Below, piece by piece: positions 38,609 through 50,618 of a stretch of DNA of 64,000 bases. The notes under the pieces were generated by a model. That model was not told where the DNA came from. It did not search any database and saw only the letters and a list, made by a program, of their open reading frames with translations. Position numbers and translations under genes: made by a program. Source of the DNA: Marsupella aquatica. Taxonomy: Eukaryota; Plantae; Marchantiophyta. Position 1 is the stretch's first letter. Every line of letters begins with the position of its first letter. The stretch is taken from contig OZ316896.1 of NCBI GenBank assembly GCA_973895155.1, positions 16,058,576 through 16,122,575 of the forward strand, written 5' to 3'.

Positions 38609-38920
38609 AAAGCTCCTACCTTCACTGCAACATATTATCCATATTCTACCGCCTGGCTGCTACAGAAGCTTACTTCTATGAACTGTACTTGTTACACCCT
38701 ATTACAGTAGGTCTTTGGGATTTTACAGTATTAGCGAGGATTCAAATGGCAACAGGGCGGTCTTCCCTTCGCTGCTCTACTTGGGCTCGTGTGGGTTTGT
38801 GGGGTTTTAGCAAAGCTCGAGAGACGCATCACTCGTTCCTCAATGGTGTTCGATCAAGTGACAGAACGTGATTAAACAAAACGGAATCGACCCGAGCTGA
38901 AGATTAGAGACAGAGAAAGG

Positions 38921-41900
38921 ATGAGCGTCTTGTGCCCAGAACGCAGCTTGTGTTGTCAAGCCCAGCTTGTTCTCAACTTGGGAACAATTTCAGCAAGAGT
39001 ATCTGCAGCACCACGATCTTTGGTTTCTGCCTTTGAGAATGGTGATGGACGCAGCAGGAGAAGAAGTACGACCCTCGAGGCCCCTCGTGGGTGCGTGCAA
39101 TTCGCCAAATGCGGGCAAGGAGACTATCGATTACGTTCTCCTTTCGAGAATTCGCAAGACCTCTCTGGGAGCTTTGGCATCCTCCTTCATGCCAGACCCG
39201 CCAAGAACCACGATGGTATGATTGTCAAAGCTAGGAAGAAGGCCAGCGACTTCAAGAGCAGCGGTAGCGGCAGTAGCAACGACAAGGTGCAGAATCCGCC
39301 GGAGAAGGAGTTGAGCATTCCGCCCGCTCTCTACCGGCCATTATCCTTTCCTGATTTGCAGGCAGCTGTGCGGGGTCTGGATCCTCGCAAACGCTGGATT
39401 TATGGCCTGCCATTTCTCGCAGTCTTGGCGGGCATGGCCTGGTTTAGAAACATTGGAGTGGCCGGCCTCGTAGATGATGCTGAGCCCGTTTTTGCAGAAG
39501 CAGCTCGGCAAATGTACGTGCAGCCGCTTTCTGCCATTCCTCTTCTCTCAGATGCCCTTGCCATGGTTACTTACGACCTTTGCAATCGTCTCAAGTCAGG
39601 CTCACCAGGATCGACAGTCCAGCCCAATGGGAGAGGAGAGGCGCTTTGTATTCCTGGCATTCCCTCATTCTTGACTGATTTGTGTGAAGTGACGTGAAGT
39701 GAAGTGAAGTGAAGTGAAGTGAAGTGACGTTCGGGAACCTGTTTTGCTAAAGTGAACGCACTCTTTCTTCTTGTGCAAGGTAGCATATTTTAGGAGGATT
39801 CCCGGTTTCTAAATACCCTCATTCTGGAGGGCAAGGCATTACACTTCAAAGTCATTCTCATGGTTGGTAGAGTGCGTCGCACCCTAAGTATAACAACCTG
39901 AAGCCCACTTGGTTGGTGAATGGAGGCTTAGCAGATGAGCAATTAACTTAATTTGAGGTATTTTCTGGCAATTGAGCTGGGAGAGCTGTATGGTGTTGCC
40001 TATCTGCAGGATCGTCACTGGAGACTACGTTACTCCGCAGTTCAATGGTGTCCCCCGGTTCGACCACCCAATACTATTGTACTGGCTCATGGCCATTTCG
40101 GTACTCGACTCACCTTGCCCATCATTTGCAGAGCCGTCCCTCTAGAAACAATAAGTTGGTTGTGCTTGCGTAGCAGTAAAGACTCCGGTGAATGAAATGC
40201 CAACGGCGCTCTTTCCACCTTTAAGTGAAGTTTTCTTTCATACGTTATGGTACGTATGGTCTTGCATTTGACCAATAATTTTGGTTTCCTTACATTGATA
40301 CCTCTTTCACGGGACGATATATGCCCTGATTTGGGAAGGTTCTTGCTCAGGAGGAAAGTTTCCCTCAGACCGTAGACCCGAACAGAAACCTCAATCTCAT
40401 GGTGTGGTCTTGCAGTTGAAGCTATTTGGAAGTGCGGTTTGGGTGTTTAGACTACCTTCATGCCTGTGTGCAACAGGATTGCTTATGGGACTTTTTCTTA
40501 CAGTCAACAATTTCGGCGTCCAGCTATCTCCAGATATGGGAATCAAGGCTAAGAACATGAAACTCGATTTTGGAGATCGGTTTCTCTTGCCTGCCATCAT
40601 CACTGCTGCTTCATTCGCAACTAGTCTTCAGGTTTACTCAATGTTCAAGAATTATGTGAATTGCATTCACGTGTGTGCTGAGTCCTAATAACAGTAATAT
40701 AATTCATAATGGCATGCCAGCTGATGAGCAACTTTGCAATATTTGTAATTTAAGTAGCTTTCTGGATTGGATTCCCGTAATTAGGAAGGAGCGCAATTCT
40801 TCGACACATGAGGTGTGACGTCTAGAGATGGTATATGCATATCATAACGAAAGTGTTTGCGCAGGTGGTGACTTGTGGCAGTGCAGCCCTATCAGACATG
40901 CTACTCACAAGCAGTATAGGAGCCTCTCTTCTGAGTTTCTTCTGGGCTTATGCTGGCAGAGAGCATAAACCTGTCAAGTACAGTTGGGGTTATGTCCTTG
41001 CAGCAGTTTTTGCAGGGCTTGCATGTCTAACGAAGGGACCACTGGGCATTGTGTTTCCCGTGAGTTTCCTAAAGTTCACTTTTTTGATATGGAAAAGCAC
41101 AAAAAATCTACTGTTTGGATTCTCACAATTTATTCTGCTCTTCCAACCCGCTAAAGGCACACCCCTCTTTCCAAAAAAAGGAAAAGGACCTCTTTTCACT
41201 TCCTGGTCTTTGACAACCTTTGATTTTGCTTCTCTGAATAATGTAAATGAATCTGACTGCTACTTTGTATGCGCAGTTCAGGCATGTGTATGTGCCTGCT
41301 TTCTGCTCAGTACGGGAGAGCTGAGAAACGTCTTCGTGTAAGTCTTCAGACCAGTGAACTGCCAAATTTCAGGGAATCCCTGGAAACGACTGTGATCTAT
41401 ATGGAATTGGAACATCTGCATTTGGATGCTTATTTTTCACTTGATTGTGGTTTTAGGGATGAGCTACCTAAAGTAAAAGGGGTCTTCCTTATGCTGCTCA
41501 TCAATCTTCCATGGTATGGAATGATTTTTTCGACACATGGACCATTATTTCTGTCTACCTTTTTTGGCCACCATAGTTTTGAGGTAAGGACTGGTACATT
41601 TGCCCGTGCTCTCAAAATGTCCGAGCCGTCGGCCTAGGAATAGATCATCTTCACATATGATCCGTACTCACTCTTTCTAGAATATTTTGGACAAAATCTG
41701 GATTTCTTCGCAACCTAACGAGATATATTTATACCACGTGTGCAGTGTGGGTCTAAAGATCAAACAGTCTTAGTTTAAAGATTGGTACTGACTGATTTCA
41801 ATGTCTCCCTTTGTTTTTCATATGTATACAGCGATACATCAGAGCTCCTAATCACTATGGAGGTCAACTCTGGGTCTATGGGTTAGCCATTGTGCTTGTC

Positions 41901-43854
41901 ATGTACTTTCCGTGGTCACTATCACTTCCTTCGGTTTTAGCCGACACAAATCCATGGAAGCAGAGATCCTCGTGGAGGGAATATCCTCGGACCAAGCAGC
42001 TGTCTTTATTTGCTGCAGTATGGTTTATAACTGGATTTGTTATTTTTGCTTTCTCAGCAATTCAGGTAATCTAAGAAATGCGTGCCCTAATTTTTAAGAG
42101 CTTTTAGAAGAGGGAGGGCGATGTACTGACATCAATGGCTAACAAATTTAATTAATTTATTATTGTGTCTTCACGGCTTGTGGAATAGGGAATGTGATGA
42201 GATGTATATTTACCCATGTCACCCTGTTGCGCAGCTGCCGTCAAACTACCTTCCAATCGCTCCGGCTGTTGCAGTTCTTGCTGCTTCCCATCTTTCTTTG
42301 CCAGTAGGTTGTCATAGCAATGGCCTGGCAGCTGGACTAGTTCCAGCGTTTTTGTACCAAATCTTAGCTGGACTATTCTTCCTCTTGCCAGGTCTGCTGT
42401 CATCATCCAGCTCATCAATTGTACGCATGTTCAACCTTACTCTTGTGTACATACCTGCTTTGAAAAAAGATCACTCAAGTTTACATTTTGTTCTAAGTAA
42501 TGTCAGGATTTGTGTGCTGTCCAGACTCCTTGTTTGAATTGTTATGGAGTTCATTGTGATTTCGTCACGTATCTTTTCATATTTGTATATTTCAAGTGAA
42601 CGATCTTGCCGTTTTTTGTAAACTTGAATTTTCTGCTGTCGATTTGATAGATTGCGGAAATTGGAAATGAAATAAGTAAAAGTTATCTTCATCTTATTGC
42701 CTTTGGAGCTCTAGCTGTGGCTGGAACATCTGTTACTCGGACAGAGGAGTATGCTAGTGCATATTGCCCTGATCTCGAGTCGGTAAAGACCGAGCAGGTT
42801 TCCAGAAAAACACTCGTTCCACTCTGGGTTCTACATACAGCAGCAATGGTCACTCTTACAAGTGCTTTTACTACTCCATGCTTTCATTTGTTGGATAAAG
42901 TGAAACAGTGGCCTGTAAGACAGTTGGCATTGAGGGCTGCTGAAGTACAGGTATCGTATGTTGCCCACTCAGGCTTTTTACGATTTGCTTTACGACAGTA
43001 GCTGAACTTAGATTTCGCTTCGAAGGCCTGAAAATAGTTGTGCATATTTCATTTCTCTACCAGGTCGTATCTAAAATTGGGTTTTGTGTACAGCAACCTG
43101 GTGAGACATTAATCATGGTCGGAGAAAGCATGCCGAGTGTCGTATTTTACAGCCAGTAAGTCTTTTGTGAATAAGTGACATTTCTTCTATGCTAAGTATT
43201 AATTTTTTGACGATCCTGTGGAATTTTCTTGAAAGATATTTAATCTAGTAAATTTGGATTGTAGAAACATGGATTTCCTGTGCGGGTCCTGGCTCTTTGG
43301 TCACTCTTTGGTTGATGCAAGTTGAATGTGTGGAATTTCTTCTCTGCATCTTTGCTCTCAACTTATGCGCCCGGAGTGTTCGAAACCCTAATTGTTAAGA
43401 TAGACTTATAACCTTTCAAAAATTTAGGTACTCGTCGTTTTTATGAGAGCTACCAACAGACGGTTTAAGAGTGTTGCGATGTCTTGTTATCTTCTCCGCT
43501 CTTGCAGATTACAGACAACTTTCTTCGACACATCTCTGGAGGCTGCTAAAGTATTGCAGGAAAATCCAAGGTAGATTACATCTCAGCCGCCCCACTATGC
43601 GACAAGAAACACTGACTCAAATGAAAGGAATGAGCACATTTTTTATGAGCAATTCAACCATTTTTCTGCACATACCAGTCCATCAACGAAGTAATTGACT
43701 GGGGTTTCGATTTCTGTGCAGCAATTTACCGTCTGCCCTGGTTATCTCAAATGACGTCTGGAAGGGGACTCTAACACCCGTCATTTTGGCGCAAGAACAG
43801 AGCTTCTCGTTGATGAGGGTTGTCCTCCCTGATTCTGGTATCCAAGCTGAGTAG
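38921..43854 (+). CDS. ArnT-like (GT83/PMT_2, GT-C fold) polytopic glycosyltransferase with putative plastid transit peptide, multi-exon
   Basis: Spliced translation includes GLVDDAEPVFAEAARQM|IVTGDYVTPQFNGVPRFDHPILLYWLMAIS, WVFRLPS, SDMLL, GLACLTKGPLGIVFP, INLPWY, YFPWS, WFITGFVIFAFS..QLPSNYLP, QWPVRQLA...QPGETLIMVGESMPSVVFYSQ. This is the motif order of the ArnT family. The ~110 N-terminal residues are Ser/Arg-rich, and the stop TAG is at 43852-43854. Confidence 0.88.
39683..39728. repeat. (GTGAA)n microsatellite in intron 1 of the ArnT-like gene
   Basis: GTGAAGTGAAGTGAAGTGAAGTGAAGTGAAGTGA. Confidence 0.9.
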
Positions 43855-45031
43855 GACTATAAATTTAAGACCAATCAAATAATCTTCCAGCCATCTGAAG
43901 CTCAGCAAGCCCCTGCATTATGGTTCGGTCACTTCAGGAGTTGCTCAAGGTCTTCAGAGTCTCCTTACGCATATCCATCCGTCTGGTTTGGTTAATGGGA
44001 CTTCTGGGTGTTAGCCCTAGCTTGCTTTGTAGTATTCCTCCCAGTTAATCTTCAAATCTCAGCTGACTCTAGAAGTGAAGAGATGGTTTACTGTACAATG
44101 GAGAATGTCATTACACAGGACGAACAGAACCGTCATGGTCAACATTTCAGCCGTCCATGTTCATTACACAATCAACACTCTCGAACCTGTTGCACTGCTT
44201 GATTGTATTGCTTATTTTTGAATGCACACGACTGATGACCTCCACTCTTTATACCCGTAGTCAACCATACAAACATTCATTCTCGAAATACAACAGAGGA
44301 TGACATGGGAGGGCCCAATATATCACACTTAACACATGGATACAACATCCTGAATTTCGTAATCCTAAGAACTCCCCGGTGAAAGTTGCATTTTACGGGT
44401 GGAATATTATCTCTCCATTTCCTTCTCTCCAGTTTGCACAACAAAGCGACGGTCATCTGCAAATCCACTCGACAAGGGCTTCATCAACTTATTGATTAAT
44501 AAGATATTTGTGGGTTTAGGGTTTATCAAACACTATTTTGCACATACAATAAGAGACCCCCTATTTATCAAACACTATTTTGCACATACAATAAGAGAAT
44601 TGGTTGTGCCAACCCCTACCTAGAAAACTTTTGATTTTGCAGATACAATAAGCAAAAATTTAAATTTTTAGGGGCTCCGCCCCAAAATCCAACACAACAC
44701 ATCAATTCTAAAAATGTCTCCCATGGGCCGCCCCGCCGCCCACCGCTGGCCAATATCTTCCAAGCTGTTCCTCCTCTGTCCAGTGTCATATTCTCACCCG
44801 GGTGGATGGTCTCTGGTGGAAAAGGAAAAATGCCACCTTGGTTGGGGGGGGGGGGGATTATTGTAGAAATTTGTGGGTTGCAACAAGGGAGGCCAAGCAA
44901 GTGGGGTATAAAGCCCAATAACACAAAGGAATAAAATGGGTGGGAGTCTGGTGCAAATAGAGTCTTTTGGGCAGGGAGGGGAGGTCGGGGTGCAGTGGGC
45001 AAGGAAGGAGGGAGCGGCGAGGTGTAAGGAA

Positions 45032-45060
45032 TATAATGAGTAGAGTGAGCACCCATGGAC
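45032..45060 (+). promoter_or_regulatory. Upstream Pol III elements of the 5S gene (repeated in every unit)
   Basis: With +1 at G45061: TATAAT at -29..-24, GC at -12/-11 and C at -1, which matches the plant 5S upstream consensus. Confidence 0.75.
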
Positions 45061-45180
45061 GTGATGCGGTCATACCAGGGCTACTACACCAGATCCCATC
45101 AGAACTCTGCAGTTAAGCGCCTTTGGGCCGGAATGGTACTGGGATGGGTGACCTCCCGGGAAGTCCCGGTGCCGCATCCA
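45061..45180 (+). rRNA. 5S rRNA: 5S rRNA copy 1 (loop E G74 variant)
   Basis: GTGATGCGGTCATACCAGGGCTAC...GATCCCATCAGAACTC...GGATGGGTGACCTCCCGGGAAGTCC...GCATCCA. Confidence 0.97.
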
Positions 45181-45183
45181 ATC

Positions 45184-45200
45184 TTTTCCTTTTTTGTTTT
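45184..45200 (+). terminator. Pol III oligo-dT terminator (repeated in every unit)
   Basis: TTTTCCTTTTTTGTTTT immediately after the 5S 3' end. Confidence 0.85.
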
Positions 45201-45265
45201 GGACCTCCCTTGTTGCACACTTGAAGCTTCCAAGCTGTTCCTCTTGGTTCCATTGCTTGTGCCAC

Positions 45266-45349
45266 CCCCTATTTATCAAACACTATTTTGCACATACAAT
45301 AAGAGACCCCCTATTTATCAAACACTATTTTGCACATACAATAAGAGAA
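45266..45349. repeat. 42-bp spacer subrepeat, two copies per unit plus a degenerate third
   Basis: CCCCCTATTTATCAAACACTATTTTGCACATACAATAAGAGA x2, followed by related CCCCTACCTAGAAAACTTTTGATTTTGCAGATACAATAAG. Confidence 0.92.
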
Positions 45350-45810
45350 TTGGTTGTGCCAACCCCTACCTAGAAAACTTTTGATTTTGCAGATACAATA
45401 AGCAAAAATTTAAATTTTTAGGGGCTCCGCCCCAAAATCCAACACAACACATCAATTCTAAAAATGTCTCCCATGGGCCGCCCCGCCGCCCACCGCTGGC
45501 CAATATCTTCCAAGCTGTTCCTCCACTGTCCAGTGTCATATTCTCACCCGGGTGGATGGTCTCTGGTGGAAAAGGAAAAATGCCACCTTGGTTGGGGGGG
45601 GGGGGGATTATTGTAGAAATTTGTGGGTTGCAACAAGGGAGGCCAAGCAAGTGGGGTATAAAGCCCAATAACACAAAGGAATAAAATGGGTGGGAGTCTG
45701 GTGCAAATAGAGTCTTTTGGGCAGGGAGGGGAGGTCGGGGTGCAGTGGGCAAGGAAGGAGGGAGCGGCGAGGTGTAAGGAATATAATGAGTAGAGTGAGC
45801 ACCCATGGAC

Positions 45811-45930
45811 GTGATGCGGTCATACCAGGGCTACTACACCAGATCCCATCAGAACTCTGCAGTTAAGCCCCTTTGGGCCGGAATAGTACTGGGATGGGTG
45901 ACCTCCCGGGAAGTCCCGGTGCCGCATCCA
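45811..45930 (+). rRNA. 5S rRNA: 5S rRNA copy 2 (A74; G>C at 45869 in the box A region)
   Basis: Same 5S sequence with AAGCCCC instead of AAGCGCC. Confidence 0.95.
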
Positions 45931-46558
45931 ATCTTTTCCTTTTTTGTTTTGGACCTCCCTTGTTGCACACTTGAAGCTTCCAAGCTGTTCCTCTTGGTTC
46001 CATTGCTTGTGCCACCCCCTATTTATCAAACACTATTTTGCACATACAATAAGAGACCCCCTATTTATCAAACACTATTTTGCACATACAATAAGAGAAT
46101 TGGTTGTGCCAACCCCTACCTAGAAAACTTTTGATTTTGCAGATACAATAAGCAAAAATTTAAATTTTTAGGGGCTCCGCCCCAAAATCCAACACAACAC
46201 ATCAATTCTAAAAATGTCTCCCATGGGCCGCCCCGCCGCCCACCGCTGGCCAATATCTTCCAAGCTGTTCCTCCTCTGTCCAGTGTCATATTCTCACCCG
46301 GGTGGATGGTCTCTGGTGGAAAAGGAAAAATGCCACCTTGGTTGGGGGGGGGCGATTATTGTAGAAATTTGTGGGTTGCAACAAGGGAGGCCAAGCAAGT
46401 GGGGTATAAAGCCCAATAACACAAAGGAATAAAATGGGTGGGAGTCTGGTGCAAATAGAGTCTTTTGGGCAGGGAGGGGAGGTCGGGGTGCAGTGGGCAA
46501 GGAAGGAGGGAGCGGCGAGGTGTAAGGAATATAATGAGTAGAGTGAGCACCCATGGAC

Positions 46559-46678
46559 GTGATGCGGTCATACCAGGGCTACTACACCAGATCCCATCAG
46601 AACTCTGCAGTTAAGCGCCTTTGGGCCGGAATAGTACTGGGATGGGTGACCTCCCGGGAAGTCCCGGTGCCGCATCCA
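46559..46678 (+). rRNA. 5S rRNA: 5S rRNA copy 3 (A74)
   Basis: Array unit. Confidence 0.97.
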
Positions 46679-47307
46679 ATCTTTTCCTTTTTTGTTTTGG
46701 ACCTCCCTTGTTGCACACTTGAAGCTTCCAAGCTGTTCCTCTTGGTTCCATTGCTTGTGCCACCCCCTATTTATCAAACACTATTTTGCACATACAATAA
46801 GAGACCCCCTATTTATCAAACACTATTTTGCACATACAATAAGAGAATTGGTTGTGCCAACCCCTACCTAGAAAACTTTTGATTTTGCACATACAATAAG
46901 CAAAAATTTAAATTTTTAGGGGCTCCGCCCCAAAATCCAACACAACACATCAATTCTAAAAATGTCTCCCATGGGCCGCCCCGCCGCCCACCGCTGGCCA
47001 ATATCTTCCAAGCTGTTCCTCCTCTGTCCAGTGTCATATTCTCACCCGGGTGGATGGTCTCTGGTGGAAAAGGAAAAATGCCACCTTGGTTGGGGGGGGG
47101 GCGATTATTGTAGAAATTTGTGGGTTGCAACAAGGGAGGCCAAGCAAGTGGGGTATAAAGCCCAATAACACAAAGGAATAAAATGGGTGGGAGTCTGGTG
47201 CAAATAGAGTCTTTTGGGCAGGGAGGGGAGGTCGGGGTGCAGTGGGCAAGGAAGGAGGGAGCGGCGAGGTGTAAGGAATATAATGAGTAGAGTGAGCACC
47301 GATGGAC

Positions 47308-47427
47308 GTGATGCGGTCATACCAGGGCTACTACACCAGATCCCATCAGAACTCTGCAGTTAAGCGCCTTTGGGCCGGAATGGTACTGGGATGGGTGACC
47401 TCCCGGGAAGTCCCGGTGCCGCATCCA
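47308..47427 (+). rRNA. 5S rRNA: 5S rRNA copy 4 (G74)
   Basis: Array unit. Confidence 0.97.
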
Positions 47428-48056
47428 ATCTTTTCCTTTTTTGTTTTGGACCTCCCTTGTTGCACACTTGAAGCTTCCAAGCTGTTCCTCTTGGTTCCAT
47501 TGCTTGTGCCACCCCCTATTTATCAAACACTATTTTGCACATACAATAAGAGACCCCCTATTTATCAAACACTATTTTGCACATACAATAAGAGAATTGG
47601 TTGTGCCAACCCCTACCTAGAAAACTTTTGATTTTGCAGATACAATAAGCAAAAATTTAAATTTTTAGGGGCTCCGCCCCAAAATCCAACACAACACATC
47701 AATTCTAAAAATGTCTCCCATGGGCCGCCCCGCCGCCCACCGCTGGCCAATATCTTCCAAGCTGTTCCTCCTCTGTCCAGTGTCATATTCTCACCCGGGT
47801 GGATGGTCTCTGGTGGAAAAGGAAAAATGCCACCTTGGTTGGGGGGGGGGCGATTATTGTAGAAATTTGTGGGTTGCAACAAGGGAGGCCAAGCAAGTGG
47901 GGTATAAAGCCCAATAACACAAAGGAATAAAATGGGTGGGAGTCTGGTGCAAATAGAGTCTTTTGGGCAGGGAGGGGAGGTCGGGGTGCAGTGGGCAAGG
48001 AAGGAGGGAGCGGCGAGGTGTAAGGAATATAATGAGTAGAGTGAGCACCCATGGAC

Positions 48057-48176
48057 GTGATGCGGTCATACCAGGGCTACTACACCAGATCCCATCAGAA
48101 CTCTGCAGTTAAGCGCCTTTGGGCCGGAATAGTACTGGGATGGGTGACCTCCCGGGAAGTCCCGGTGCCGCATCCA
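48057..48176 (+). rRNA. 5S rRNA: 5S rRNA copy 5 (A74), separated from its terminator by a MITE
   Basis: Intact gene followed directly by the insertion. Confidence 0.95.
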
Positions 48177-48178
48177 AT

Positions 48179-48491
48179 AGGGCGTCTCAAACTTAAGCAT
48201 TTGGAATTCCGAATGGCACCCGGGATTTTACAGTCGCGGGCCGCCCGGATCAGGTGGTCGGCCCACCGATTTGGTGACCGTAAAGTTTTTCCCGGGTTTT
48301 TTTTATTACAATTTTTCTTTGGAAAAACCCAGGTCTAACCCGTGCCGGGACTCCTTTGAGGTGCGAGGTAAAGTTCAGACCCCCAGTTTTTTGGGACCCG
48401 ATTTTGGGTACCGGTGTTCAATATCGGGCGGCGATTAGAGACATCCGGGTGACCGGAAGGAATCCTAGAACGTGCAGGGTTGAGACGCCCT
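48179..48491. mobile_element. 313-bp MITE with 3-bp AAT TSD (PIF/Harbinger-related group, inferred)
   Basis: Perfect 12-bp TIR AGGGCGTCTCAA / TTGAGACGCCCT, with imperfect extension to ~70 bp. The empty site CC-AAT-CTTTT is seen in the 24 other units, and this unit is 1065 bp = 749+313+3. Confidence 0.95.
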
Positions 48492-49121
48492 AATCTTTTC
48501 CTTTTTTGTTTTGGACCTCCCTTGTTGCACACTTGAAGCTTCCAAGCTGTTCCTCTTGGTTCCATTGCTTGTGCCACCCCCTATTTATCAAACACTATTT
48601 TGCACATACAATAAGAGACCCCCTATTTATCAAACACTATTTTGCACATACAATAAGAGAATTGGTTGTGCCAACCCCTACCTAGAAAACTTTTGATTTT
48701 GCAGATACAATAAGCAAAAATTTAAATTTTTAGGGGCTCCGCCCCAAAATCCAACACAACACATCAATTCTAAAAATGTCTCCCATGGGCCGCCCCGCCG
48801 CCCACCGCTGGCCAATATCTTCCAAGCTGTTCCTCCTCTGTCCAGTGTCATATTCTCACCCGGGTGGATGGTCTCTGGTGGAAAAGGAAAAATGCCACCT
48901 TGGTTGGGGGGGGGGCGATTATTGTAGAAATTTGTGGGTTGCAACAAGGGAGGCCAAGCAAGTGGGGTATAAAGCCCAATAACACAAAGGAATAAAATGG
49001 GTGGGAGTCTGGTGCAAATAGAGTCTTTTGGGCAGGGAGGGGAGGTCGGGGTGCAGTGGGCAAGGAAGGAGGGAGCGGCGAGGTGTAAGGAATATAATGA
49101 GTAGAGTGAGCACCCATGGAC

Positions 49122-49241
49122 GTGATGCGGTCATACCAGGGCTACTACACCAGATCCCATCAGAACTCTGCAGTTAAGCGCCTTTGGGCCGGAATGGTAC
49201 TGGGATGGGTGACCTCCCGGGAAGTCCCGGTGCCGCATCCA
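49122..49241 (+). rRNA. 5S rRNA: 5S rRNA copy 6 (G74)
   Basis: Array unit. Confidence 0.97.
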
Positions 49242-49870
49242 ATCTTTTCCTTTTTTGTTTTGGACCTCCCTTGTTGCACACTTGAAGCTTCCAAGCTGTT
49301 CCTCTTGGTTCCATTGCTTGTGCCACCCCCTATTTATCAAACACTATTTTGCACATACAATAAGAGACCCCCTATTTATCAAACACTATTTTGCACATAC
49401 AATAAGAGAATTGGTTGTGCCAACCCCTACCTAGAAAACTTTTGATTTTGCAGATACAATAAGCAAAAATTTAAATTTTTAGGGGCTCCGCCCCAAAATC
49501 CAACACAACACATCAATTCTAAAAATGTCTCCCATGGGCCGCCCCGCCGCCCACCGCTGGCCAATATCTTCCAAGCTGTTCCTCCTCTGTCCAGTGTCAT
49601 ATTCTCACCCGGGTGGATGGTCTCTGGTGGAAAAGGAAAAATGCCACCTTGGTTGGGGGGGGGGCGATTATTGTAGAAATTTGTGGGTTGCAACAAGGGA
49701 GGCCAAGCAAGTGGGGTATAAAGCCCAATAACACAAAGGAATAAAATGGGTGGGAGTCTGGTGCAAATAGAGTCTTTTGGGCAGGGAGGGGAGGTCGGGG
49801 TGCAGTGGGCAAGGAAGGAGGGAGCGGCGAGGTGTAAGGAATATAATGAGTAGAGTGAGCACCCATGGAC

Positions 49871-49990
49871 GTGATGCGGTCATACCAGGGCTACTACACC
49901 AGATCCCATCAGAACTCTGCAGTTAAGCGCCTTTGGGCCGGAATGGTACTGGGATGGGTGACCTCCCGGGAAGTCCCGGTGCCGCATCCA
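49871..49990 (+). rRNA. 5S rRNA: 5S rRNA copy 7 (G74)
   Basis: Array unit. Confidence 0.97.
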
Positions 49991-50618
49991 ATCTTTTCCT
50001 TTTTTGTTTTGGACCTCCCTTGTTGCACACTTGAAGCTTCCAAGCTGTTCCTCTTGGTTCCATTGCTTGTGCCACCCCCTATTTATCAAACACTATTTTG
50101 CACATACAATAAGAGACCCCCTATTTATCAAACACTATTTTGCACATACAATAAGAGAATTGGTTGTGCCAACCCCTACCTAGAAAACTTTTGATTTTGC
50201 AGATACAATAAGCAAAAATTTAAATTTTTAGGGGCTCCGCCCCAAAATCCAACACAACACATCAATTCTAAAAATGTCTCCCATGGGCCGCCCCGCCGCC
50301 CACCGCTGGCCAATATCTTCCAAGCTGTTCCTCCTCTGTCCAGTGTCATATTCTCACCCGGGTGGATGGTCTCTGGTGGAAAAGGAAAAATGCCACCTTG
50401 GTTGGGGGGGGGCGATTATTGTAGAAATTTGTGGGTTGCAACAAGGGAGGCCAAGCAAGTGGGGTATAAAGCCCAATAACACAAAGGAATAAAATGGGTG
50501 GGAGTCTGGTGCAAATAGAGTCTTTTGGGCAGGGAGGGGAGGTCGGGGTGCAGTGGGCAAGGAAGGAGGGAGCGGCGAGGTGTAAGGAATATAATGAGTA
50601 GAGTGAGCACCCATGGAC

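Noticed and set aside
45266-45349. CRISPR-like array (42-bp repeats)
   Set aside because: The repeats are directly adjacent with no unique spacers, the context is eukaryotic, and there are no cas genes.
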